Shown one piece after another: positions 37,585 through 46,815 of a stretch of DNA of 64,000 nt (position 1 is its first letter; every line of letters starts with the position of its first letter). The position numbers and the translations under genes were made by a program. Below the pieces are notes generated by a model. That model saw nothing but the letters and a program-made list of their open reading frames with translations. It was not told the origin of the DNA and made no database searches. This DNA is from Bacteroidales bacterium (GTDB lineage Bacteria > Bacteroidota > Bacteroidia > Bacteroidales > VadinHA17), in the NCBI GenBank assembly GCA_029932855.1, contig JAOZPG010000011.1:29854-93853 (forward strand), read 5' to 3'.

Positions 37585-38304
37585 ATATATTTAATTTCAA
37601 ATAAGCTGATTGATGAAATATCTTTTTTTTGGATTGGCAGCACTCTTTACTGCTGTACTGATTATTCCCGGCTCAGGGAGCAGTTAATTCCCCCGGAGAT
37701 CCCTGTAGGAATCCCTTTTGAACTCCTTCAGCGGCGTCCGGACCCGGTACAGGCCGAACAGCTTTTCTATGCAGAGACTGCCCGGATTGGAGTGCTTCAG
37801 GCTATGCGTTTTCCTTCATTTAGCATCACCGGAGCACTGGGACTGGCAAGCTCCGAGCTGATCTCCCTGACGAAGGGTAATGCCCTAATATATAGTGCGG
37901 GAGGCAGTATGCTGGGCCCTATATTTAACTGGGGAAAATACAAGCGCAGGAAGGAGATACAGGAGGAAATAGCACATCAGGCCCTTTATCGCTACGAACA
38001 GTCGGTACTACAGGCTTTCAGGGAAGTGGACGATGCCCTGATCGATGTGGATACCTATACGAGGGAAACCATAGCCAGGCAACGGCAGATGGAGGCAGCC
38101 ACTAATGCAGCCAAGCTATCAAGGGCCAGATATGATGGTGGACAGGCAGGATACCTGGAGGTATTGGATACTGAACGTTCCATGTTTAGTGCCGAGCTTG
38201 ATGCCACTTCTGCATGGCGTCATCAGCTTTCAGCCTATCTCTACCTGTACAAGGCTCTTGGAGGAGGATGGATCACACCCCGGGAACAAGACTCATCGAA
38301 ATAG
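37585..38304 (+). pseudogene. 3' remnant of an RND-efflux outer-membrane factor (NodT/TolC family) gene
   Basis: The open frame begins just after a stop codon (TAA at 37582-37584) and has no credible start. From ~37690 it reads IPPEIPVGIPFELLQRRPDPVQAEQ...FPSFSITG...GPIFNWGKY...YEQSVLQAFREVDDAL...ARYDGGQAGYLEVLD...LYKALGGGW, which is the C-terminal repeat half of OMF proteins. It is visibly more GC-rich than its neighbours. Confidence 0.65.
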
Positions 38305-38340
38305 AGATAATAAGATAAATATCTTAAAAGGCATAAAATC

Positions 38341-38372
38341 AAAGAAGGCTGTCGCTTCAGATAGCCTTCTTT
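38341..38372. terminator. Bidirectional terminator-like hairpin between the OMF remnant and rubrerythrin
   Basis: AAAGAAGGCT (38341-38350), a 12-nt loop, and AGCCTTCTTT (38363-38372). This is a perfect 10-bp stem flanked by A/T-rich runs on both sides. Confidence 0.5.
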
Positions 38373-38437
38373 ATTTATCTTCATAAAATACAAAAGACAA
38401 GGTTTAACGGATCAGAAATATCAACAGGCAAAGTCTG

Positions 38438-39013
38438 TTAATAATTAGCTTCCTGTATCTCGAAATATGATTTCGGATGCAGGCAGGCCGGGCATATTTC
38501 CGGGGCTTTGGCTCCTTCATGCAGATAACCGCAATTCCTGCACTTCCATACTACTTTCCCTTCCCTTTCAAATACTTTTCCTTTATCCAGGTTATCAAAA
38601 AGCTTTCTGTACCTTTCCTCGTGGGCTTTCTCCACCTCGGCAATTTTTCTGAAAGCAACAGCCACATCTGCATATCCCTCCTCATCTGCTACCCTGGCAA
38701 ACTCAGGATACAGTAATGTCCACTCCTCATTTTCTCCTTCAGCCGAAGCCTCGAGGTTTTCCATAGTTGTTCCTATCATACCTGCTGGATAACTGGCTGT
38801 AATCTCTGTCATTCCGCCCTCAAGAAATTTAAAGAACCTCTTGGCATGCTCCTTTTCATTTAAAGCAGTCTCAGCAAAGATTGCTGCAATTTGCTCAAGG
38901 CCTTCTTTCTTTGCCTGCTTGCTAAAATAGTCATACCTCATGCGGGCCTGAGACTCACCGGCAAAAGATTTCAATAAATTCTGCTCTGTTTTGCTCCCTT
39001 TAATACTTTTCAT
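38438..39013 (-). CDS. rbr: Rubrerythrin
   Basis: N-terminal ferritin-like diiron domain (two E..EXXH-type helices: [16 protein letters not shown]) plus a C-terminal rubredoxin-like CRNCG...CPAC. 191 aa. Confidence 0.9.
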   Translation of the reverse strand: MKSIKGSKTEQNLLKSFAGESQARMRYDYFSKQAKKEGLEQIAAIFAETALNEKEHAKRFFKFLEGGMTEITASYPAGMIGTTMENLEASAEGENEEWTLLYPEFARVADEEGYADVAVAFRKIAEVEKAHEERYRKLFDNLDKGKVFEREGKVVWKCRNCGYLHEGAKAPEICPACLHPKSYFEIQEANY

Positions 39014-39048
39014 TGTTTTCCCCTTTTAATTTATGTATTATGTTTCTG

Positions 39049-39564
39049 CTAATTCTTCTTAACAATATGTGTGGGAGCATTTTTAGGTACCAGTCCCTTC
39101 CTTGCCTCCCTGTAATGTGCATAAGTGAGAAGCTCCTTGCCGGAATCCAGCACCCGTGCATCAATTATCCTTCCAATAAACAGCATATGTGTTCCCACAT
39201 CTTTACTATCCTCCAGCTCACATTCAAAGTATGCAACTGCATTTTCACTAACAACAGGAACCCCTGTGCTGCCTGAAAAATGGGCTACCGTAGCAAACTT
39301 ATCAGTATCCCTTCCGCTTTTAAAACCAAACAGGCCTATTAGTTGTGGTTTTGTGTCTTTTTCAAGCACGGAAACAGAAAATGCCTTATTTCTTATTATT
39401 AAGCCGGCAGTATAGTTATTTTTACTGCAGGCAACAGATATTTTGGCGGGATCGGCGCTTACCTGCATAACAGTGTTGCTAATATAGCCGCTTTGATCAT
39501 CCTTATTGCCCGAACAAATAATATATAAGCCGTATGTGATAGAACTTAATGCTGCCTGATCCAT
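39049..39564 (-). CDS. Flavin reductase-like (FMN-binding split-barrel) protein
   Basis: 171 aa. ITYGLYIICSG...SGYISNTVMQVSADPAKISV resembles the flavin reductase domain family. Lies 35 nt upstream of rubrerythrin on the same strand. Confidence 0.6.
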   Translation of the reverse strand: MDQAALSSITYGLYIICSGNKDDQSGYISNTVMQVSADPAKISVACSKNNYTAGLIIRNKAFSVSVLEKDTKPQLIGLFGFKSGRDTDKFATVAHFSGSTGVPVVSENAVAYFECELEDSKDVGTHMLFIGRIIDARVLDSGKELLTYAHYREARKGLVPKNAPTHIVKKN

Positions 39565-39670
39565 GTATGAAACTCCAGATATATTAATTCATAACGACTG
39601 TAAAAACAAACAAATACAATAATTAAATACAAATATATTATATCCTTAGCAAGATAATACACAATTTGAA

Positions 39671-39781
39671 ATGAAAATGAATAAAGAAGTTTTCTTATTA
39701 GTTCTTCTTACAATTCTTTCCGGCTCATGCAGGAATTCTTATCATGATACTTATCTTCTTATCAGGAAGGGAACAATTTGA
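39671..39781 (+). CDS. Possible 36-aa lipoprotein-like small ORF (below ORF-track cutoff)
   Basis: MKMNKEVFLLVLLTILSGSCRNSYHDTYLLIRKGTI. Signal peptide plus a lipobox-like LSGSC. No other support. Confidence 0.25.
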   Translation: MKMNKEVFLLVLLTILSGSCRNSYHDTYLLIRKGTI

Positions 39782-39821
39782 GCAGGCTATTGACAGGGCT
39801 TAGAGAATACATATCTTTTAG

Positions 39822-39829
39822 TAATTTTG
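39822..39829 (+). promoter_or_regulatory. Candidate -7 box (TAATTTTG) for mnmA
   Basis: Matches TAnnTTTG, 28 nt upstream of the ATG at 39858. No good -33 TTTG at the expected spacing. Confidence 0.35.
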
Positions 39830-39857
39830 TCGGCTGAATACAGGCAATCGCTGAATT

Positions 39858-41051
39858 ATGAAAGTAGTTATAGGGCTATCGGGTGGTGTTGACAGCAGTG
39901 TTGCTGCTTATTTACTTAAGCTGCAGGGACATGAAGTTATTGCCATGTTCATGAAAAACTGGCATGACACAACAGGTGTATTGAAAGGCGACTGCCCCTG
40001 GGACGAAGATGTAACTTTCGCAGAGCTTGTTGCCAGGAAACTGGATATTCCATTTCATACAGTTGATCTGAGCGAGGCATACAGAGAAAAAGTGGTTGAT
40101 TATATGTTTAGCGAGTATGAAAAGGGAAGGACTCCAAACCCCGATGTACTATGTAACAGAGAGGTTAAATTCGACCTCTTCGTTAAGGAAGCAAAAAAGC
40201 TGGGAGCCGAAAAAGTTGCAACAGGTCATTATTCAAGAATAGAAGAATGCATCGTCAATGGAAAGAAAGTATATCGTCTTTTAGCCGGCCTGGATGCAAA
40301 TAAGGACCAGAGCTATTTCCTGTGCCAGCTTTCACAGCAGCAACTTGGTATTTCATTATTCCCCCTGGGTGAGATCGAGAAGCCGGAAGTAAGAAAAGTT
40401 GCCGCTATTCAAAAACTGGCTACTGCCACCAGGAAAGATTCACAGGGGATTTGTTTCGTTGGGAAAGTAGACCTCCCCGTATTCCTGCAACAGAAGCTAA
40501 AAGCAAGAAAAGGAGATATAATTGAACTGCCAAAAGATATAAATGTTCCTGTATTTGAGGATAGCCTTCCGGAAAACGAAATATCTGAGCAATTGCTGCA
40601 AGAGATGTCTGTCCCCGCAAAGTTCCTTGCCGGTGACGGGGTAATTGCCGGGAAGCATAATGGTGCGCATTTTTTTACCGTAGGACAAAGAAAGGGTATT
40701 AACATAGGAGGTAAAGCCCAGCCCCTCTTCGTTATAAATGTAGATGTAGCCAATAACCTCCTTTTTGTGGGACAGGGACATGATCATCCTGCCCTGAACC
40801 GGAAAGGTCTTTTTATCCCATGGGGTGAAGATCACTGGCTAAGACCGGATATGAAGTTAAAGCCTGGTGAAAGCCGTGAAGAACTGGCCAGGATAAGATA
40901 CCGCCAGCCATTGCAGGAGGCAAAACTATTTGCCAGGAAAAAAGGATTGTATCTTATCTTTAAAGAACTGCAAAGGGGGATAACACCGGGACAGTTTGCT
41001 GCCTGGTATGATGGAGATGAGCTTATTGGTTCAGGAGTGATCTTTGCTTAG
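39858..41051 (+). CDS. mnmA: tRNA 2-thiouridine(34) synthase
   Basis: PP-loop VVIGLSGGVDSSVAAYLL, NPDVLCN, ATGHY, and the catalytic-Cys context DSQGICFVG. Confidence 0.9.
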   Translation: MKVVIGLSGGVDSSVAAYLLKLQGHEVIAMFMKNWHDTTGVLKGDCPWDEDVTFAELVARKLDIPFHTVDLSEAYREKVVDYMFSEYEKGRTPNPDVLCNREVKFDLFVKEAKKLGAEKVATGHYSRIEECIVNGKKVYRLLAGLDANKDQSYFLCQLSQQQLGISLFPLGEIEKPEVRKVAAIQKLATATRKDSQGICFVGKVDLPVFLQQKLKARKGDIIELPKDINVPVFEDSLPENEISEQLLQEMSVPAKFLAGDGVIAGKHNGAHFFTVGQRKGINIGGKAQPLFVINVDVANNLLFVGQGHDHPALNRKGLFIPWGEDHWLRPDMKLKPGESREELARIRYRQPLQEAKLFARKKGLYLIFKELQRGITPGQFAAWYDGDELIGSGVIFA

Positions 41052-42356
41052 CGTAAATCTTAGAATAAGATAGCCGGAGACACCTGCTATCAACGAACCT
41101 ATAAGTATGCCAATCTTTGCCTGGTTTAGCAATTCAGGATCACTGAATGCCAGGTTACTGATAAATAAGGACATGGTAAAGCCCATACCTCCAAGCATGG
41201 CAATACCAATAAGGTTAATCCATTTTACATTTTTTGGCAGTGATGCCAGTCCTGTCTTTATGACTATCCATGAAGCCAGGCTTATACCAATCAGATTACC
41301 CAGCACAAGAGCAAGGAGAATGCTATAGCTTAAAGAGTTCAAAATGCCTGTGTCGCCTGATGTAAGAATAATTCCGGCATTGGCAAGGGCAAAAACGGGC
41401 ATTACAAAATATGAAACAAAACCGTGAAGTGAATGCTCGAGCTCCTGCACTGGACTCTGAACCTTTTTTGTAAGCATTTCCATCTTGTCAATAGCAACCA
41501 TCTGCTTATTGCTTAAGTATATTGCTCCATTACAATCTTTCTTGAATTCATCAAGATTTTCCCTCATGTACAATACAAACTCATCCCCCATTACTTTCCT
41601 GTGCTGCGGGATAAGAAAAGCCAGAATAACACCTGCCAGGGTAGGATGAACACCTGAAACAAGGAAAAAATACCACAAAATAAAACCAATTAAAATATAC
41701 AGGCTAATTGCGTTCAGCCTGAAATAATTAAGGAGCAGAAGTACAAATACCAAGGCTCCGGCGATAAAAAGGGCATTCAGTACTATGCCTGAATTATAAA
41801 AAATAGCTATTATAAGCACAGCTCCCAGGTCATCAACTATGGCAAAGGCAGTAAGAAATATTTTTAAACTAAGGGGCACACGTTTCCCAAGTAAAGATAA
41901 TATGCCAAGAGAAAAAGCTATGTCTGTTGCCATTGGTACTCCCCAGCCCTCACTACCATTCCCGTCTCCAACCAGGAAAACAAAAATAAGTGCCGGAACA
42001 AGCATCCCTCCGATGGCCGCAGCAATTGGAAGCGATGCCTGCTTAAGGGAAGACAGCTCACCTGCAACAATCTCGCGTTTAATCTCCAGTCCCACCACAA
42101 AAAAGAAAATAGCCATCAGGCCGTCATTTATCCAATGCCCCAGTGTCTCCGATATATTAAATTCACCAAAACCAATTGTAAGTTTTTTTGCCCATAATGA
42201 AGTATAGATATTTCCCCATGGAGAGTTGGCCCAAACAAGGGCTATCAATGTAAAAACAATTAAGAGTATACCACTGGATGCCTCTGTCCTAAAAAACCTC
42301 TGGAAAGGATCCTTTATAGTTTCAAAAACGCTTTTTTCTCTTTTAAACTTTAACAT
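41031..42356 (-). CDS. nhaA: Na+/H+ antiporter NhaA
   Basis: 441 aa polytopic protein. WINDGLMAIFFFVVGLEIKRE and FLTAFAIVDDLGAVLIIA are the NhaA signature region with the Asp pair. Confidence 0.9.
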   Translation of the reverse strand: MLKFKREKSVFETIKDPFQRFFRTEASSGILLIVFTLIALVWANSPWGNIYTSLWAKKLTIGFGEFNISETLGHWINDGLMAIFFFVVGLEIKREIVAGELSSLKQASLPIAAAIGGMLVPALIFVFLVGDGNGSEGWGVPMATDIAFSLGILSLLGKRVPLSLKIFLTAFAIVDDLGAVLIIAIFYNSGIVLNALFIAGALVFVLLLLNYFRLNAISLYILIGFILWYFFLVSGVHPTLAGVILAFLIPQHRKVMGDEFVLYMRENLDEFKKDCNGAIYLSNKQMVAIDKMEMLTKKVQSPVQELEHSLHGFVSYFVMPVFALANAGIILTSGDTGILNSLSYSILLALVLGNLIGISLASWIVIKTGLASLPKNVKWINLIGIAMLGGMGFTMSLFISNLAFSDPELLNQAKIGILIGSLIAGVSGYLILRFTLSKDHS

Positions 42357-42501
42357 CTTATAATCAGCCTTGTATTAATATGCCCAAAATAAGAAAAATC
42401 TCAAAACCCTGTCACCCTGTAAATGTCAGAATAATATTTATTTGCATTCAGTATTGATGAAATAATTAAGTCCGGGCGCAGAAATGAATCATTATACTGT
42501 C

Positions 42502-43236
42502 TTAAGAATTAGCTATTTCAGGGAAAAGCAGCTTTGCCTGGTCCAGGGAACCGGGTTTACCAATATCAAGCCATCTTGTATCATCATGTATATAGCACTT
42601 TATCTTTTCAGTCACGGCAAGATCGAGGTAAGCCGGGATAATGGAAAAGACCTTTTCTGAGGGAAGCTTCTTAAATATCCCGGTACTTATAAGCTGTATT
42701 CCCGAATAGGCCAATATCTCATGTTCTTTTTTCTCCGGTCTCGATATTATCTCATCTCCAGTTTTAATATTTCTCCAGCCAATCAGGTTTTGTTCCTTAT
42801 CAGTAATCAGGTAACGGACAGTATCCCTGTGCCTTACAGCCATTGTAGCCAGTGAAGAAGATTCCTGATGAGCTTTGATAAGCTCATCAAGGTCAAGGTC
42901 GGTAAGCACATCAACATTATATACAAGGAAAGGCTCCTCTCCTTCCAGGAACCAGGAAGCTTTTTTCAGAGCACCCCCTGTCTCCAGGAGCAATTCCCTC
43001 TCGTCAGAGATCTTAATATCAAGTCCGAAATTATTCTTTGACTCCAGGAAATCTATGATCTGCCCGGCAAAATGATGAACATTAACTATGATCTCTTTAA
43101 AACCATGGCCGGAAACTTTGCGAATGGCATTTTCCAGCATACTAATGCCATTGATCTTTACCAGGGCTTTAGGCGTATCACTGGTAAGCCTGCCCAGACG
43201 GGTTCCCTTGCCTGCCGCAAAGATCATTGCTTTCAT
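42502..43236 (-). CDS. Sugar-1-phosphate nucleotidyltransferase, MurU-like (MurNAc-1-P uridylyltransferase candidate)
   Basis: MKAMIFAAGKGTRLGRLTSDTPKALV nucleotidyltransferase motif. 244 aa. Lies 9 nt downstream of the AmgK-like kinase gene. Confidence 0.65.
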   Translation of the reverse strand: MKAMIFAAGKGTRLGRLTSDTPKALVKINGISMLENAIRKVSGHGFKEIIVNVHHFAGQIIDFLESKNNFGLDIKISDERELLLETGGALKKASWFLEGEEPFLVYNVDVLTDLDLDELIKAHQESSSLATMAVRHRDTVRYLITDKEQNLIGWRNIKTGDEIISRPEKKEHEILAYSGIQLISTGIFKKLPSEKVFSIIPAYLDLAVTEKIKCYIHDDTRWLDIGKPGSLDQAKLLFPEIANS

Positions 43237-43245
43237 GCTATAACA

Positions 43246-44676
43246 TTACTGAAGGAACTCCTGTTCCCTGTGTTTAAGTTCAATCTTAATACTGTATTTT
43301 TTCCTGAGTTCAGCAGCCAGGTATTCTGCAGCATAAACCGACCTGTGCCTGCCCCCTGTACAGCCATAACTAACCATCAGGCTTACGAATCCCCTTTCTA
43401 TGTAGTTCTCAATGGCATTTTCAACCAGCTTCTTTGTCTGCTTAAGAAAAAGCTTCATATCTTCCTGTTTATCCAGGAAGTCAATGACCTTGCGGTCTTT
43501 TCCTGTAAGCTCCCTGTACTCCTTATGCCTGCCGGGGTTATTAAGCCACCTGCAATCAAATACAAATCCTCCGCCATTACCTGTTTCATCAACGGGTATC
43601 CCTCTCTTATATGAAAAACTGTTAATCCTCAGTGTAAGATCTTTTTTCGACCGGGCTATCTGTTCAAGCTTTTTCGATTTTGTAAGCTGCAGCCAGGCTT
43701 GCTTCAGATGAGGAATATCCACAGGAAGCTCCTTGGTTAACAGGTATTTAAGGTTCTTAATTGCATAAGGAATACTTTGAAGGAAATGCTCCTTGCGTTC
43801 ATAAAAGCCCCTGAATCCATAGGCTCCCAGGGCCTGCATTATCCTGATAAGTACATAGCCATAATAATAGCCCTTAAACTTTTCTTCATCAAATTTTATG
43901 CTTTTCCCGGACTGCACGAGATAATATGTAAGCAATTCTTCGCGAACCTCTTCAGGAATATCAGCCTTGGCATCATAAAGCAGAGATGCAAGATCATACT
44001 GAAGTGCTCCTTTGCGGCCTCCCTGGTAATCAATAAAATAAGGCTCACCATCCATTAGCATTATATTCCGGGACTGAAAGTCGCGGTATAAGAAAAATTC
44101 CCTGTTAGACTCCAGCAGGAATTCTGCAAAAATATTAAAGTCATCCTCAAGCTTTTGCTCATCAAAACTAATTCCGGCAAGCTTTAAAAAATAATATTTG
44201 AAATAGTGAAGGTCCCACATCATGGATTGCTTATCGAAACTTGCCCTGGGATAACAATAATCATAATTTATTGCTTTGCCGGCCCTGTCCTGGAATATCA
44301 CCAGCTTATCAAGAACCTTCTTGTAAATGTTCTTTAAGTCTTCATTAAATCCAAACTGACTCCTGACCTGTGTGAGGTATGCATAAAGGGTAGTATTACC
44401 CAGGTCCTCCACCAGGTAAATATCCTGCTCCCTGTCCTCCTTAAGCACCTTAGGTACAGGCAGCCCTTTACTGTAAAATGTTTTTGTAAACTCAATAAAG
44501 GCCCGGTTTTCTTTAGAATCGGGATTAAAAACAGCTATCGCCCCCTTATTCTCACTCTCTATCCTGTAATACTCCCTGTTCGATCCGGATGGAGGTAATG
44601 CCTGGTACCTGACAGCCTGTTCTTTCGACCAACTCTCAAAAAGATCAATAAGTAACTGCTTCTTATCTTTTTGCAT
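43246..44676 (-). CDS. Fusion protein: AmgK-like (APH-fold) anomeric sugar kinase + RapZ/YvcJ C-terminal domain
   Basis: Residues ~20-330 form an APH-type kinase (FLYRDFQSRNIML catalytic loop, YFIDYQGG). Residues ~347-470 read LRINSFSYKRGIPVD...FVFDCRWLNNPGR...LTGKDRKVIDFL...SYGCTGGRHRSVYAAEYLA. This is co-linear with the E. coli RapZ C-terminal domain (FGFKHGIP.DADYVFDVRFLPNPHW...MTGLDKPV..FL...IGCTGGKHRSVYIAEQLA). Confidence 0.7.
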   Translation of the reverse strand: MQKDKKQLLIDLFESWSKEQAVRYQALPPSGSNREYYRIESENKGAIAVFNPDSKENRAFIEFTKTFYSKGLPVPKVLKEDREQDIYLVEDLGNTTLYAYLTQVRSQFGFNEDLKNIYKKVLDKLVIFQDRAGKAINYDYCYPRASFDKQSMMWDLHYFKYYFLKLAGISFDEQKLEDDFNIFAEFLLESNREFFLYRDFQSRNIMLMDGEPYFIDYQGGRKGALQYDLASLLYDAKADIPEEVREELLTYYLVQSGKSIKFDEEKFKGYYYGYVLIRIMQALGAYGFRGFYERKEHFLQSIPYAIKNLKYLLTKELPVDIPHLKQAWLQLTKSKKLEQIARSKKDLTLRINSFSYKRGIPVDETGNGGGFVFDCRWLNNPGRHKEYRELTGKDRKVIDFLDKQEDMKLFLKQTKKLVENAIENYIERGFVSLMVSYGCTGGRHRSVYAAEYLAAELRKKYSIKIELKHREQEFLQ

Positions 44677-44735
44677 TAAATAGTTTTTTTGAGTTTTGAA
44701 ATTTTAAAAAAACAATCCTCTTTTCCCGGCATCTG

Positions 44736-45839
44736 TCATATCTTAATGAATATCTTTTTCCTGTATAGCAACCATCCTATGAACCAGAACAATAGACCGT
44801 GAAATGCAGCAAACATAAATGAGCCAAACATGTTGCCAAACAAGGGGGCAAATATAGTATTATATAGCCAGGTATATCCATTTACGGTCCCATCTCCTGA
44901 TGAAAAATGTATAATATATATTAGTGTCCTCGCCCATAATCCGGAAAGCACGTAAATAAACAAGGGGTTCATTCCATATACTATAAGAGGATGGGCCCAA
45001 CTCCTGAATTTATGAATATCGATCAGCCATACAAACAAGGCAAGCAAAGAAGATCCTATTCCCACAGTATATAATACATATGAGCTGGTCCAGATAGGCT
45101 TGTTTATCGGGAAATAAATATTCCAGAATAAGCCAAGCAGTATTCCTGCAATTCCAATAATCAACAGTTTCACCGGAAGTAACTTTTTGTTGGCTGCACC
45201 CGCAATAATCTCCCCAATCTGGTATCCCAGTATTACATTGACCATAGCCGGCAATGTGCTTAAGAGCCCCTCGGGATCAAAAGCTATTCCAAATCCTTTA
45301 TATATATGCTGGGCTCCCAGGATAAGTAAATCAATCTTTGTTACATAATTTGCCTCAAGCGAATACGGATCATCACCACCCAGGGCCCAAAGCAGAACCC
45401 AGTATCCAAACAAAATGCTGAATGCAAGGACCCATCTGGCCCATTTTTTCAGTAATAAAACCAGTACAGATGCAAATCCGTATGCCAGGGCTATTCGCTG
45501 CAAAACCCCCATTATTCGCAATTGCTCAAAATTGAAACGAGGAAAAGCATTCAGAAAGAGTCCTATTGCAAATATAAATACCGTCCTTTTTAATATCTTG
45601 ACAAAAGCATTTGTGCTCAGGCTATGATTATATTTACGGAAAGAATAATACATGGCAACCCCCACAATAAATAGGAAAAAAGGGAATACCAGATCGGTCG
45701 GAGTACAACCATGCCACTCTGAATGACGAAAAGGGGGATAAACATACTTCCAGCTTCCCGGGGTATTTACCACTATCATCAACATTATTGTAAGCCCCCT
45801 GAATGCATCAAGAGATATGAGGCGCTGACTTGCTTTCAT
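44736..45839 (-). CDS. HGSNAT-like / DUF5009 (NagX-type) polytopic membrane protein
   Basis: RLISLDAFRGLTIMLMIVVNTPGSW...HSEWHGCTPTDLVFPFFLFIVG parallels the heparan-alpha-glucosaminide N-acetyltransferase family signature. About 10-11 TM segments. Confidence 0.6.
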   Translation of the reverse strand: MKASQRLISLDAFRGLTIMLMIVVNTPGSWKYVYPPFRHSEWHGCTPTDLVFPFFLFIVGVAMYYSFRKYNHSLSTNAFVKILKRTVFIFAIGLFLNAFPRFNFEQLRIMGVLQRIALAYGFASVLVLLLKKWARWVLAFSILFGYWVLLWALGGDDPYSLEANYVTKIDLLILGAQHIYKGFGIAFDPEGLLSTLPAMVNVILGYQIGEIIAGAANKKLLPVKLLIIGIAGILLGLFWNIYFPINKPIWTSSYVLYTVGIGSSLLALFVWLIDIHKFRSWAHPLIVYGMNPLFIYVLSGLWARTLIYIIHFSSGDGTVNGYTWLYNTIFAPLFGNMFGSFMFAAFHGLLFWFIGWLLYRKKIFIKI

Positions 45840-45940
45840 GGAAATAAATATTAAGTTTATTAATCATGATCAAACTTTAAAGATAAGTTTTTTAACATTT
45901 CTTTCAATTATTAACTACCTGAATAGTATATAAAATTTAC

Positions 45941-45948
45941 TATTTTTG
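45941..45948 (+). promoter_or_regulatory. Candidate -7 box (TATTTTTG) for murQ
   Basis: Matches TAnnTTTG, 42 nt upstream of the ATG at 45991. No clear -33 element. Confidence 0.3.
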
Positions 45949-45990
45949 TTTTTATCAACTCGCTTTATTCATGCCTCATAAGCTATAAGT

Positions 45991-46806
45991 ATGACAAAAA
46001 AAATAAATATCACTGAAGGCTCCTCAAAGTATGACGATCTCGACAAGATGACCATAAGGCAGCTGCTTACAAGTATCAATAATGAAGACCAGCTGGTACC
46101 CTTGGTAATAAAGAATGAAATTCCGGTAATTGAAAAAGTAGTTTCAAGAATAGTTAAAAACATGAAAGCCGGGGGCAAACTATTCTATCTCGGTGCCGGA
46201 ACAAGCGGCAGGCTGGGAATACTTGATGCATCGGAAATACCCCCCACATTCGGAGCCCCTTATGACCTCGTGATAGGACTGATCGCCGGCGGAGATGAAG
46301 CTATACGTAAGGCTGTGGAATCAGCCGAAGATGACTACGACCAGGCATGGAAAGACATGGAAGAATACCAGCCAGGTCCAAATGATTCAGTTGTGGGAAT
46401 AGCCGCTTCAGGAAGGACTCCTTATGTAATAGGCGGCGTGCAGACTGCAAAAAAACATGGCCTTTTTACTGCCTGTATCACAAATAATCCGGGCAGCGAG
46501 CTTGCCAAAAATGTTGATATAGCCATTGAAGTGGTGGTGGGACCGGAATTTGTTACAGGAAGTACAAGAATGAAGTCGGGAACAGCACAAAAATTTGTAT
46601 TGAATATGATAACCACCAGTACAATGATACAGCTGGGCAAGGTTAAGGGCAATAAGATGGTAGATATGCAGCTTACCAACATCAAACTGGTTGAAAGAGG
46701 AACAAAAATGATAATGGAAGAAACCGGCCTGGACAGGAAAGAATCAGAAAGGCTGCTATTACTGCATGGGTCCGTTAGAAGTGTATTAAAGGAATTACGA
46801 AAATAA
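45991..46806 (+). CDS. murQ: N-acetylmuramic acid 6-phosphate etherase
   Basis: SIS domain with GAGTSGRLGILDASEIPPTFG and IAASGRTPYV. 271 aa. Confidence 0.9.
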   Translation: MTKKINITEGSSKYDDLDKMTIRQLLTSINNEDQLVPLVIKNEIPVIEKVVSRIVKNMKAGGKLFYLGAGTSGRLGILDASEIPPTFGAPYDLVIGLIAGGDEAIRKAVESAEDDYDQAWKDMEEYQPGPNDSVVGIAASGRTPYVIGGVQTAKKHGLFTACITNNPGSELAKNVDIAIEVVVGPEFVTGSTRMKSGTAQKFVLNMITTSTMIQLGKVKGNKMVDMQLTNIKLVERGTKMIMEETGLDRKESERLLLLHGSVRSVLKELRK

Positions 46807-46815
46807 ATCTTTATC

